From: Octopus vulgaris
Lineage: Eukaryota
Reading direction: 5' to 3'
Assembly: GCA_951406725.2 (NCBI GenBank)
Contig: OX597823.1
Location: 116,250,001-116,314,000 of the forward strand
Length of the DNA: 64,000 nucleotides
The position numbers and the translations under genes were made by a program. The notes under the pieces were generated by a model, which did not search any database, was not told the origin of the DNA, and saw only the letters and a list, made by a program, of their open reading frames with translations. Positions 13,345-26,080 of this stretch are shown piece by piece (within the stretch, counting starts at the first letter, position 1; each line of letters begins with the position of its first letter).

Positions 13345-13805
13345 AATGTGTACCCAGGTAAAATCTGTGAGATAGTGTGACAAGGCTGGACTTTTAAATT
13401 CTTTTTACTATAGACACAAGGCTGAAAAATGGGGGGTATGGGTGTGGTGGATTACATGACCCCCCAACGCTCAACTGATACTTATTTTATTGCCCCGTAG
13501 ACAATGACAAACAAAGCTGAGCTTGGTGGAGTTTGGATGCAAAACATAAAGATGGACAACATACCACAAGGCATTTGCCCAGTGTACCAATGGTTCTGCC
13601 AGCTCACCACTTTTACCTTTAAATGACATGTGCACTGCATTCACTGGGCTTCCACACAGTTTCCAACAACTTGGATTCACTCAAAGCTTGGTTAACCCTA
13701 GGCTAGTCATTTACCCACGATGCCACCAGGAGGAATCAAAACCTGGACCCAGTGGTTGCAAAGCAAATTTTTCAATCATTTGGCCATGCTGTAATGATAA
13801 AGGGA

Positions 13806-13990
13806 AGTAGGAGTGGCTGTGTGGTAAGTAGCTTGTTTACAAACCACATGGTTCCGGGTTCAGTCTCACTTCATGGCAACTTGGGCAAGTGTCTTCTACT
13901 ATAGCCTAGGGCCGACCAAAGCCTTGTGAGTCGATTTGGTAGACAGAAACTGAAAGAAGCCCATCGTATATATGTATGTATATATATATG

Positions 13991-14021
<31 letters not shown>

Positions 14022-14250
14022 GTTGTGTATATGTTTGTGTGTCTGTGTTTGTCTCCCCGACATTGCTTGACAACCGATGCTGGTGTGTTTACATACCCGT
14101 AACTTAGCGGTTTGGCAAAAGACACCGATAGAATAAGTATTAGGCGTACAAAGAATAAGTCCTGGGGTTGATTTGCTCGACTAAAGATGGTGCTCCAGTA
14201 TGGCCGTAGTCAAATGACTGAAACAAGTAAAAGAGATTAAGAGTAAAAAG
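13806..14250 (+). mobile_element. SINE family B with internal (TA/TG)n
   Basis: ggagtggctgtgtggtaag head, internal microsatellite, gtaaaagag tail. Confidence 0.9.
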
Positions 14251-14284
14251 AGTAGTGAACCAAATACCATTACCTTGACAATTA

Positions 14285-14790
14285 GTGGAGGCACGTGGCT
14301 TAGTGGTTAGGGTGTTGGACTCATGATCATAAGACAGTGGTTTCAATTACTGGACTGGGCAATGCTTTGTGTTCTTGAACAAAACACTTCATTTCACATC
14401 ACTCTCTAACAGAAATGAAGAATCCAGAAATAAATAATTAAGGCGGTGATCTGTCAGAAACGTTAGCACACCGGGTGAAATGCTTAGCGGTATTTTGTCT
14501 GCCACTACATTCTGAGTTCAAATTCTGACAAGGTCGATTTTGCCTTTCATCCTTTCGGGGTCAATTAAATAAGTACCAGTTACACACTGGGGGTCGATGT
14601 AATCAACTTAATCCCTTTGTCTGTCCTTGTTTGTCAGCTCAATGTTTAGCCCCTTCTGGGCAATGAAGAAATAAGAAATAAATAATCCTACAACAGACAG
14701 GCATCCCATCCCGGTGGGGAATTTATATGCCATAGAATCCAAGAAACCAGCCCTTACAAGTTGACAGGACTTGAGAAAGTAAACTTTATC
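14285..14790 (+). mobile_element. tRNA-SINE (D/E-like) split by a SINE A copy at 14440-14675
   Basis: gtggaggcacgtggcttagtggttag head. The SINE A insert is flanked by TSD agaaataaataat. Confidence 0.75.
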
Positions 14791-14837
14791 TTTACTTTTT
14801 TACTTTGACTATTTCTTAACAGAGTTTGAAGTACTGT

Positions 14838-15440
14838 CATCATCATCATCGTCATCATTTAACGTCTGCTTTCCATGCTAGCATGGGTTGGACGATTTGA
14901 CTGAGGACTGGCGAACCAGATGGCTGCACCAAACTCCAATCTTGATCTGGCAGAGTTTCTACAGCTGGATGCCCTTCCTAACGCCAACCACTCCAAGAAT
15001 GTAGTGGGTGCTTTTATGTGCCACCAGCACGAGGGCCAGTCAAGCAGTACTGGCAGCAGCCACACTCAAATGGTGCTTTTTATGTGTCACCTGCACAGGA
15101 CCCAGTCCAGTGGCACTGGCAACGACCTTGCTCGAATGTTTTTTCACATGCCACCAGCACAAATGCCAGTAAGGCAATGCAGGTAATGCGCATGCTCAAA
15201 TGGTGCTTTTTACGTGCCATCAGCATAGAGGCCAGCTTGTTGCTCTGGCAACAATCGTACTCAGATGGTGCTCTTAGTGCTCCACTGGCACGGATGCCAG
15301 TCATCGAATTTGATTTTGATTTCACTTGCCTCAACAGGCCTTCGCAAGCAGAGTTCAGTGTCCAATGAAGGAAAGGTATGCATAAGTGGGCTGGTTACAC
15401 CCCTGGCATAGGTCACAAGGTTATGGTCTCACTTGAGCTT
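14838..15440 (-). mobile_element. 5'-truncated RTE-clade LINE 3' UTR with (GAT)n tail
   Basis: catcatcat..tttaacgtctgctttccatgctagcatgggttgg. The same UTR is joined to an RTE ORF end at 39560-39640. Confidence 0.8.
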
Positions 15441-16204
15441 GTCCCTGTGATTGTGAAAATTATTGACAGAAATTATATTATAATACAAAAACCTTGAATT
15501 TTGAAAAATATTCAAAGTTTCCTTCATAATTTTATGCAATAGCATTCTCAAGTTTCATACACCAGTATAAAAATGACAAAGCTATTTGGTATACTAAATT
15601 CTTTGCATCATAAATTATTTTTAAAATATATTCCTACAGGATGATTCATCAGAAATGTAATTACAAATGGATTAAACTAGTTGTTACAAAGAAACTTCAT
15701 CTCAACAAGAGACCTTTACTTAGAAAGCTATACTTAGTGTCAGGATCTTCCTCAGGATCTCAGCAGTTCTTTAGAGCTCAAATTTCTATGTCTACATGGG
15801 TTTGACAGGAATATACTGAAAATGTCAGTGTATGCTTTTTTCCCCATGTACCAAGAACTCTGGTGACAACATGCAATATTTTCATTTTTGTATTTCACAG
15901 TTTTTCAATTTCTGTTTTCTAGTTTTGATGTTTGCTCAACTTTTCAGCTTCATTTTTCAGACCATAATTCTCTGGAATTAAAAAATTAGTCTTCAACTTT
16001 ATTGTTATGGACCACTTTATCTCAGTTATTAACTATATCAACAGCCATCTCCCTTTGTCCTTAGTAAGTATTTTTAATAGAATCAATTCTTCAGAATCTG
16101 ATCTAGAGCTTCAAGCAATAAACACCCGATTTCCCGCTTTTAGCTTAAGAGTAAAGAAGTCATATTCAGAACAATTCTTGGTGTCGCTGGTCATGATCCT
16201 ATAG

Positions 16205-16533
16205 CTTACCTGGCACTCCATCGGTTATAATGACAAGGGTTCCAGTTGATGCAATCAACAGAACAGCCGGCTTGTGAAATTAACATGCTAGAGGCTGAGC
16301 ATTCCAGAGACATGTGACCCCCTAATGTAGTTCTTAAGGAGATTCAGCATGACACAGGGTGTGACAAGGCTGGCCCTTCAAAATATATGTGCTACTCATT
16401 TTTGTCAGCTGAGTGGACTGGATCAACGGGAAATAAAGTGTCTTGCTCAAGAACACAATGCATCACTGGGAATTGAACTCACAACTTGCGATTATGAGCC
16501 AAATACCTTAACCACTAAGCCATGTGCCTTCAC
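16205..16533 (-). mobile_element. tRNA-SINE, family E variant
   Basis: gaaataaagtgtcttgctcaagaacacaa...taaccactaagccatgtgccttcac. Confidence 0.8.
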
Positions 16534-16632
16534 ATCCTGTGGCTTAGAGCATCACATTTTCAACTTTTCCTTAAAACAATGAAATAAATTATTAACATTT
16601 TGTTTTTACACAACGATAATTCTGCCATCTCA

Positions 16633-16842
16633 CCACTGGCAGAATCATTAGCACACTTGACGAAATGAATAACAGTGTTTTGCCCGTCGTTATGTTCTAA
16701 GTTCAAATTCCACCAAGGTTGACTTTGCCTTTCATCCTTCCAGGGTCGGTAAATTACGCACCCGTGAAACCCTGGGGGTCGATATAATCGACTAGTCACC
16801 TCCCCACAAATATGAGGCCCTGTGCCTCCAGTAGAAAGGATT
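16633..16842 (+). mobile_element. SINE family A, short variant
   Basis: Core motif present. Confidence 0.8.
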
Positions 16843-16877
16843 ATGTTTTTATTTTGTTTTATTTTAAGAGTTGCACC

Positions 16878-16997
16878 TGAGTCCCAACCAAAACTGTCAA
16901 GGGACAAGAAGGTTTTGTATCTAAAGATGCTACCAGGTGAGATGCAACCAAAATTGTTAGGGGACAACAAGGCTTTGTATCTAAATATGCTGACAGG
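16878..16997. repeat. Two-unit tandem duplication, period 60 nt
   Basis: caaccaaaa(c/t)tgt..gggacaa.aagg.tttgtatctaaa.atgct occurs twice with no indel. Confidence 0.85.
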
Positions 16998-17368
16998 AAC
17001 AGAGTTTGTAAGGATACATTTACAAGGAGAGAATTTTCTGTAGAATATGTGCCATGCCTATAAATACAATCTTTTGAAATTCACTTATTTGGGGGTTGCC
17101 AGGGATGGCATGTATTGATATTTGACTGTTATCTCAGCTCATCGATACCATATACTCAATTCACCCTTGAAACAAATTCAGATTGCTGGACTGAGATATA
17201 TGCAGATAGCATGAAATCTGGTTTCAAGGAATACAGTGTTTTTTAACACTATACGCCTTATGTGGCTTTTCCTAAAAGCGTTTGAACAGAACACATACAT
17301 TAAGTATGTGACATCAATAATGTTTATGTTATTAAAGCTGCTTCTTATTCAAATTTATATATAACTCA

Positions 17369-17424
<56 letters not shown>

Positions 17425-18511
17425 ATTCAAATATTATATATATACACACAAAAAATACATTTACGCAGATAATTGTGTATACATATATACATTGTATACA
17501 TGAATATACATCTCTTTACACATATGCGAGCAGGGGAAAACAATCACCCATTGCTAGTGATTGTAGTTCAGTTGTTGTTGTTGTGTGGTGGTGGTGGTGG
17601 TGGTGGTGGTGGTATGGTGGTATGATGATGATGATGATGGTGTGATAAAATGTATGAATGAAAGAGAGAGAAAGGGAAAGGTTGAGAGAGTGAGCGAGAG
17701 TAAAAAAAAAAAGTTAGAGGTATTAAAATTATCAGAAACATATGTAGATTATCTTATACACACACACACACACACACATGTACACACATACACACACATG
17801 TACACGCATACTCACGCGCCAGCACACCACACACACATATGTACACGCACACTCACACGCCAGCACACACACACATATGTACACACACTTACTTCCAGGT
17901 ATTTTGTTTGTGTTTTTTTTATTCAAATAATCTTGTTTATAAATTTTAATTCTTGATGAGAAAATCTGAAAAAGCCACAAAAAAACATTAAGTATAAAAA
18001 TATTTTTGGGGAAAACTGTTGACAATGGCTGCTACTGTAGATTGGCAAGGGAGATTCCATTGAAAGTATACAACCAAAACCATTCTCTTATCTTGGCATC
18101 TTGCCTGTAAATACCTTCTGTAATATTGCATATATTCTATGGCTATTAGGGATTCCATTCTCTCTTCTTGGAGTGTGACGGCTTTGTTGTTGTTTGGGTG
18201 TTAATAGTGGTGGTAGTGGTGGTGGAGATGGTGGCGGTGGTGGTGGCGACAGTGTTGATGCTGTTGCTGCTGTTGTGCTTTGCTTTGGTTATTTGTATAG
18301 TTGTTGTTGTTGTTGTTGTTTCGGTGGGTTTTGAGAACAAGTTTGGTGTTAATGGAGTTTTGCTTTATGTCCATCCCATCATCTTCATTGTTCCATCAAC
18401 TTTACCATCATCATCATCATCATCATCATCGTCGTCATCATCGTTGTCATCATCATCATCATCGCTGTGGCCATCGTTATTTTATTAATGCATTTAAGAG
18501 ATCTGTTCTCA

Positions 18512-18620
18512 ACCACCACCACCACCACCACCACCACCACCACCACCACCACCATCACCACCACCACCACCACCACCACCACCACCACCACCACCACCAC
18601 CACCACCACCACCACCACTT
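18512..18620. repeat. (CAC)n microsatellite within the low-complexity block 18180-18830
   Basis: Read directly from sequence. Confidence 0.95.
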
Positions 18621-19299
18621 CCACTTCTCTCATTTTTGTCTTTTTGTCTTCCTTTTTTTTCTTTCATTTTTTTTCTCAATATTACATTGTTGTTGTTGTT
18701 GTTCCAGTAATTGTCCACTTGTATAAAACCCTGCTACCTTGCTATTGTCCATTTTCAACCACACTGCTCTCTACCAGCCCTGCCTCCTCCCCCTCCACCT
18801 CCACCACCACCACCACCCTCTCATTCCTCTCAATATTCAATGTAATTACATTTCTATACTTCACCAATATTTGTTATCCAGATTTAATCTGCTGACAGCT
18901 GTGAATAGTAAAGTCAGGTTATTTTGGGACTCTTCCTCTCTATGCTCCCATACCTGGCCATTATTACTTCTTTCACTCCTAGCTCATTGTTGAAACCACC
19001 TTCCTTCCCTCTTGCTCCCTTTTTCAGTCATCCCAACCTCGCCCACCTCTACCCGTCTCTCATTCATACAGCAGCAACAACTCAATGAAACATATATAAA
19101 TGAATACAATTAAGCCACATGGACCAGGTGGCGATAGTGAGGTGTAGTATGTGCCTATTCTGCTCTCAGGTGATAAAGAGAAGTGGTGGGTATTAGGAAA
19201 AGAAATGCGGGTGGGAGGGAAGAAGGTTAATGGGGTAGATACCCCTCAAGGACATGTATTTCCAGTGTAGTTTTAGGATATCAAATCTGCTATGATGGG

Positions 19300-19480
19300 T
19301 GGGTCTTCTTGGGTACAGCAAGGTGCCAAATATCTTGGTCCTTTGTCAGCTCCTTTGTGAGGCTCAGTGTCTTGAGACCAGTTTTCAATATTTCATCCCA
19401 TGTCTTCCTGGGTCTCTCTCTTCCTCAGGTTCCATCCACTTTAAGTGATCGACACTTCAGTATGCAACTGTCCTCATCAA
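19300..19480 (-). mobile_element. RTE LINE ORF C-terminal fragment
   Basis: Minus translation DEDSCILKCRSLKVDGT*GRERPRKTWDEILKTGLKTLSLTKELTKDQDIWHLAV carries the RTE GRPRKTW...DR..W motif. Confidence 0.8.
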
Positions 19481-19535
19481 ATGACCAAGCCAGATAGTCT
19501 TTTCTCTTTGGCCCTCTATTTAACACATATCTACA

Positions 19536-19955
19536 TAGGCGTAGGAGTGGCTGTGTGGTAAGTAGCTTGCTTACCAACCACATGGTTCCGGGTTCAGTCC
19601 CACTGTGTTGCACCCTGGATAAGTGTCTTCTACTATAGCCTTGGGCCAACCAAAGTCTTGTGAGTGGATTTGGTAGATGGAAACTGAAAGAAGCCCGTCG
19701 TATATATATATATGTGTGTGTATGTGTGTGTGTGTTTGTGTTTGTGTGTCTGTGTTTGTCCCCTCAACATCTTGTGACAACCGATGCTGGTGTGTTTACG
19801 TCCCCGTAACTTAGCAGTTCGGCAAAAGAGACCGATAGAATAAGTACTAGGCTTACAAAGAATAAGTCCTGGGGTCGATTTGCTCGACTAAAGGCGGTGC
19901 TCCAGCATGGCCACAGTCAAATGACTGAAACAAGTGAAAGAGAAAAAGAGTAAAA
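19536..19955 (+). mobile_element. SINE family B, near-consensus
   Basis: Full head, internal microsatellite and tail. Confidence 0.92.
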
Positions 19956-20448
19956 GATACTCCCCTACGCAGCACACATCTACGCACTACAATCCTCCAT
20001 GTAACTCCCCATTTTCACAAAGTAGTCCTCTATGTAACACACTACATGTGGCTCTTCATGTAATGCCCTCCATGTATCACACTCTGTGTACACACAGAAA
20101 TCGTTCATGCAACACTACTTCAACACACTGTTGCCCTCTACATCTATATATTACATGCCAACAGTAGAAATGTACCAGACAACTCATACATGCTGTGAGG
20201 ATTATCCTCCCCTTCCTATGAGGCAGATATCACTTACAAACCATTAATCTTATCCTCTTCAATCATCTGGCTGTTGTCATTTCCTACTACTTCGATTTTG
20301 ATTAAATGACTGACAATGAGATTAAACTTTATCAATCCACCAAATGTCAGGTTGTTATAACAACAGCAACAACAACAATAAATAATAATAATAATAATAA
20401 TATTAACAATAATAATAATAATAATGATAATAATAATAATAATAATAA

Positions 20449-20969
20449 ATTTGATTGGAAGTGTTATCATATACATTGTTTTGTCTTGGTATAAAAGATG
20501 GGCTACAGCAAATATTCTGCTCAATACCACAGATTTATTTGTCAGTTGTTTGACCTTAACCAGTTGAGCATGTCCCTTAGTGGCTGACGATATGTGCATC
20601 TCTGATCACGAGCAGAAGTAGTGGGGGAGCATCATAGCCATGTGTTGAGAGGGATTCTTTGGGGTTTGAATAATTCTCCTCTGGAAACATGGGTGTTTCG
20701 TTCATCATCCTTAAACAACCCTTATTCAGAGATCTTTTCAGCAGGATGGGTTACTCGACCAGAAGAAAATTCTAACAGGGCCCCACCTGCAAGGTCATGT
20801 GCTGTTTATCTTGATATGAGATCACCATGTCGTGCACATATGGTTGTGATGCATGTGCCTGGTGTACCCTTATCAGATGGATAGTCATGATGGCTATACT
20901 GGGCTTCGTATATTTTACCCCAGTGTCGTTTTGATGGCATGCACTGCTCTCTCACTCAATAATAATAAT
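20449..20969 (+). mobile_element. Non-LTR retrotransposon 3' end embedded in (AAT)n
   Basis: Near-identical to 30731-31067. Same 3' end cactc(aat)n, different 5' truncation. Confidence 0.8.
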
Positions 20970-21223
20970 CATTTAATGTGCACATCTCCCTGCTTGCATG
21001 GGTGGGACAGAACTTGTTGAGGTGGATTTTCCTTGACCGGATGCCCTTCCTGTCACCAACACTCACCTCTTTCCAAGTAAGGTTACCTTCATCATGACTG
21101 GATAGATTTTTATGAGAGAGTGGAAATGGACTCTACTTTATTGACGTTGACATGCATTTACAACAATAATAATAATAATAATAATAATAGTAATAATAAG
21201 GATAGAGTCAAAATTAAATGAAG

Positions 21224-21331
21224 AGTGCCATTGTTATCTAGTGAACGATATTTCGACATGTTGTGACCTTTTTTGACCAGTTGAAGACACACAAGATGTC
21301 GAAATATCGTTCACAACATAACAATGGCACT
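21224..21331. other. Near-perfect inverted repeat (~42-bp arms)
   Basis: agtgccattgttat...gtgaacgatatttcgacat.ttgtg / cacaa.atgtcgaaatatcgttcac...ataacaatggcact. Confidence 0.9.
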
Positions 21332-21332
21332 G

Positions 21333-21798
21333 ATCATCATCATCATCGTTTAACGTCCGCTTTCCATGCTAGCATGGGTTGGACGATTTTGACTGAGGAC
21401 TGGTGAACTAGATGGCTGCACCAGGCTCGAATCTTGATCTGGCAGGGTTTCTACAGCTGGATGCCCTTCCTAATGCCGACCACTCTGAGAGTGTAGTGGG
21501 TGCTTTTTACATGCCACAAGCATGGGGGCCAGTCAGGTGGTACTGGCAATGACCTCGTCCGAATCTTATTACATGTGCCACCAGCACAGGTGCCACCAGC
21601 ACAGGTGCCACCAGCACAGGTGCCACCAGCACAGGTGCCACCAGCACAGGTGCCACCAGCACAGGTGCCAGTAAGGCGATGCTGTAACAATCACGCTCGA
21701 CTGGTGCCTTTTACGTACCACTGGCACGGAAGCCAGTCAGCCACTCTGGCAACGATCACACTCGGATGGTGCTCTTAGCACCCTACTAGCATGGGTAC
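21333..21798 (-). mobile_element. RTE 3' UTR copy containing a 15-bp minisatellite
   Basis: (CAT)n tail. gtgccaccagcacag occurs 6 times at 21575-21664. Confidence 0.85.
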
Positions 21799-21874
21799 AT
21801 TTTGACTCTATATCTTCAGGAGATATTATCTCAATCCTTTCTATATTGATGATGATGAGGAGGAGGAGGAGGAT

Positions 21875-22101
21875 TCTTTCCACTATTGGCACAAATCCTG
21901 AAATTTGGGGAGGAGGGGACTAGTCAATTAGATCATATGCCCTGCCTCCGACTGCTCAACAGGTACTTAGTTTATCAGCCCTTTCATGGAGGAAAGGCAA
22001 AGTTTACCCCCAGTGGAATCTGAACTGAGAACATAACAAGCGAGAAGAAATGCCACTAAGCATTTTGTTTGATGCACTAAGGATTCTGCCAACTCACTGC
22101 C

Positions 22102-22132
<31 letters not shown>

Positions 22133-22570
22133 GAAGAAGAAGAAGAAGAAGAAGAGTGGTGGTGGTGGTGGCAGTGACGACGATGACGACAATTCTTTCT
22201 AATTTTCATAAAAAGCAATTTTGAGAAGAAGGAACTAGTTGATTGCATTGACACCAGTACTAGACTGGTACCTACTTTATCAACCCTGAAAGGGTCAAAT
22301 CATTATCATCATCATCATCATCATCATCATCATTTAGCATCTGCTTTCCATGCTGGCATGGGTTAGACGGTTTGATTGGAACTGGCAAGCTTGAGAGCTG
22401 CACCAGGTTCCAGTCCGATTTAGCATGGTCTCTACAGCAGGATGCCCTTCCTAACATCAACCACTCCGAGAGTGTAATGGGTGAAATGTAAAATTGATTT
22501 TGGCAATATTTGAACTCAGAACATAAAATAAACTGGCAGCATTTTGTCTGACATGTACATGATTCTGCAG
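21875..22570 (-). mobile_element. Two degenerate SINE A copies; the second is split by an RTE-UTR fragment (22300-22482)
   Basis: Reverse-complement core motifs and a (CAT)n tail. Confidence 0.7.
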
Positions 22571-24041
22571 GCTCTGGACCTTTTATTTGCATCTGTGGCA
22601 TCCAATGAGGGGAACATTGCATGAACAGCTTACAATTTGCTATAAAAAAGGAAATGGGGAAAGAGAAGAATTGTGGGGGATAAAATACTGGACTCTGTGC
22701 TGCAACTCAGTACTTTATCAAATGGATTACAGGTAGTGCCTTATGTTAAAAGTCAGTTGATTATTCATTGTGTATTGGTCTTTATATAGTAACACTCAAT
22801 TAGACACCACCCCAACTCATCTATTACATACAAAAATGTAGCTGCATCCTTTCAATTGTGACAAATTCTTTTGTCATTTCTTTAATTCTTGTCCCCTCAG
22901 ACCAGCAGTAATCTCCTCAAGTATTTGTGATTTCCCCTTGGCCTTGTTCCAGTTTGTAAAATAGCGGATGCAAGTGACTTCACCGTACACACATTATATC
23001 AAGGTTAACTAATCAATGACCATATTGGTAGACAATGTATTACCAGCAGCCTCGGTTGTCCAACTGTTAGTTCTTTGTCAATTGATTTCAGCAGATAATT
23101 CAGTGTTAATTGCCATTAAGAACACAATTTGTAGCAGTAGAATTGAAAGGGTTAGCTATAAAATGAAAGGCAGCGTTTACAGAAGTCATTAAATGATGTG
23201 ACATTAACTGTAGTTTGTGAGGCAGTATTACATCTAAGTGATATTAAATGACTTGTAATACAACGGACTGCAGTGGTGGAATGTAAAGTTAGAGAGACAG
23301 AGATTGTGCAGTTTTCTTTCAACTATTCCCTAATTTCTTCATCTCCATTATCATTGTGGAATTATCCAAATTTATTGGACAGTTCAATCCATGCTCATTT
23401 ATTCATTAAAGAATTCATGTAATTTCTAATTATTTTGCCCACACAGTAGTCTGTTCTTTGTGCTGTAAATCTGGTACATATAATACACCTTTCCACTACA
23501 CTTCCATTAATATGTGTGCCCCTTGAATGTTAATTATATATTGGCCATTAAATCACAAGTCTCTTTTCACAATTAGTAATGAAACTATCGCTCTTATTAG
23601 TCAAAATGATGTTATTTCTTAGTTTTAATTAGTTTGATGTCAGAGAAACTCTATATGGAAGCTTCCATTTGTATAAACAGTGCTACAGACTTCTCGTAAA
23701 ACGTCAGTGTATCCGGATTTCCTTTCATTACTTCTGCAAGAATATAATGTCTTGTCATTGGCTCAGTTATCGACTCCTGCAGTTAGTAACCACAACAATA
23801 GATTTCTATTTATACACATTCTGGAAATATCGCTTCATTCCTTTTGAATAACTCTAGACATGCTGTTTTAAGATGTCTAAATAACATGCAAACAGTCTTT
23901 TGTTGCATTCTAAGCCACATTTGCAAACGATATATCAGTAACTATCATGTTAGCAGAACAGTGAACTTCTGGTATGCTTCAGTACTAAGATTGCAGTCAG
24001 GGATCCATTGAATTCTTTAAAGGTATAAATATATTCATGAA

Positions 24042-24462
24042 AAGGCGGCGAGCTGGCAGAAACGTTAGCATGGCGGGTGAAATGCGTAGCCGTATTTCGT
24101 CTGCCGCTACGTTCTGAGTTCAAATTCCGCCGAGGTCGACTTTGCCTTTCATCCTTTCGGGGTCGATCAAATAAGAACCAGTTATGCACTGGGGTTGATA
24201 TAATTGACTTAATCCGTTTGTCTGTCCTTGTTTGTCCTCTCTGTGTTTAGCCCCTTGTGGGTAGTAAAGATATAGGTATTTTGTCTGCCATTATGTTCTG
24301 AGTTCAAATTCCATGGTGGTCAGCTTTGCCTTTCATCCTTTCAGGGTTGATTAAATAAGTATCAGTTACGCACTGGGGTCGATATAATCGACTTAATCCG
24401 TTTGTCTGTCCTTGTTTGTCCCCTCTGTGTTTAGCCCTTTCTGAGTAGTAAAGAAATAGGTA
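24042..24462 (+). mobile_element. SINE family A dimer
   Basis: Single TSD aggtataaatatattcat around both units. Confidence 0.92.
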
Positions 24463-24707
24463 TAAATATATTCATTATTGCTTGTTATGGTATAAATAAA
24501 GTTCAATCTTGGCCTGTTTTGCTCTAGAAACCAGCAAGGAATGTGAGAATATCCAGTAGAAGTTACCTTTCTCCACACTTTTACACCAAACTATTGACTT
24601 GCCATGAGGCACATATCTTGTATTTGGATGTCAAGAAATTAAAGCTGTTACTATTTAGCATTTTATATTGTTGTTGTTGATTCTTTCATCATCATCATCA
24701 TCATCAT

Positions 24708-25620
24708 TAAGGTGCTGAACTTGCAGAATTGTTAGTAAAATCAGACAAGATACTCAGCAAAATCTCTTCCACCTCTTTATGTTCTGATTCTGAGTTCAAA
24801 TACCACTAAATGTACCAGTTAAGCACTAGCGTTGATGTAATTGACTTAATCCCTTCCCGAAAAATTTCAAACCTTTTGCCTATAGTAGAAATTATCATGA
24901 ACATTATTATTATTACTAAGGAAGCAAACTGGCAGAATTATTAGCATGCCGGGTGAAACATTTAGCGACATTTCATCTGTCTTTACGTTCTGAGTTCAAA
25001 TTCTGCTGAGGTTGACTTTACTCTTCATCCTTCCATGGTCAATAAATTAAATACCAGTTAAGCACTGGGGTCGATGTTATCGACTATACCCTTCCCCCCC
25101 GATTTCAGGCCTTGTGGCTATAGTAGAAAGGATTATTATTATTATTATTACTATTATTATTATTATTATTATTATTAAGGCAATGAGCTAGCAAAATCGG
25201 TCGGACACTGGACAAAGTGCTTAGCAGCATTTAAATCTGTCTATATGTTCTGAGTTCAAATTCCACTGAGGTCGACTTTGCTTTTCATCTTTTCAGGGTC
25301 GATAAAGTAAGTACCTGTTGAACACTGGGGTCAATGTAATCAACTTATCCTCTCCCTCAAAATTGCTATCTTTGTGCGTCTAATAGGAAAGATTATTATC
25401 ATTATCATAACAGAGGTGAGTTGGTGGAGTTGTTACTGTGCTGGACAAAATGCTTAGCGGCATTTCTTCTTGTGCTATGTGTTCTGAGTTCAAATTCTAC
25501 CAAGGCTGGTTTTGCCTTTGATCCTTTCAGGGTTGTTAAAATGTGTGCGAATTGAAAACTGAGGTTGATGCAATTGAATTGACTCCTTCCACAAAATTTC
25601 AGGCCTTGTGTCTATCATCT

Positions 25621-25665
<45 letters not shown>

Positions 25666-26080
25666 GTTCAAATTCCGCCGAGGTCAACATTGCTTTCATC
25701 CTTTCAGGGTCAATAAATTAAGTACCAGTGAAACACTGGGGTCGATGTGATCGACTAGTCTCCTCCCCCAAAATTTCAGGCCTTGTGCCTTTAGTAAAAA
25801 GAATTATTATTATTATTATTATTATTAGTGAGGTGGCTAGCTGGCAGAATCATTAGCATGCCAGGCAAAATGCTTAACAGTGTTTCCTCTGATGCAGCGT
25901 TCTGAGTTCAAATTCCACTGAGGTTGACATTGCCTTTTATCCTCTTGGGGTCTATTAATTATATACCAGTTGAGTACTAGGGTTGATATAATTGACTGCA
26001 CCTCTCCCACCAAATTTCAGGCATTGTGCCTGTAGTAGAAAGGATTATTATTATTATTATTATTATTGTTATTATTATTA
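24708..26080 (+). mobile_element. Head-to-tail cluster of about six short SINE A copies separated by (ATT)n
   Basis: Copies start near 24708, 24918, 25177, 25413, 25666 (truncated) and 25831, all on +. Confidence 0.85.

Noticed and set aside
18146-18895. Poly-His/Thr/Val/Gly ORFs
   Set aside because: (CAC)n and (CAT)n microsatellites that are open in several frames.
21500-21778. VPPAQ-repeat protein
   Set aside because: 15-bp minisatellite inside an RTE 3' UTR copy.
23221-23235. miR-8/miR-12-like sequence (cagtattacatc)
   Set aside because: Only a partial match, in the wrong hairpin position. CAGTATTA occurs about as often as expected by chance in AT-rich DNA.
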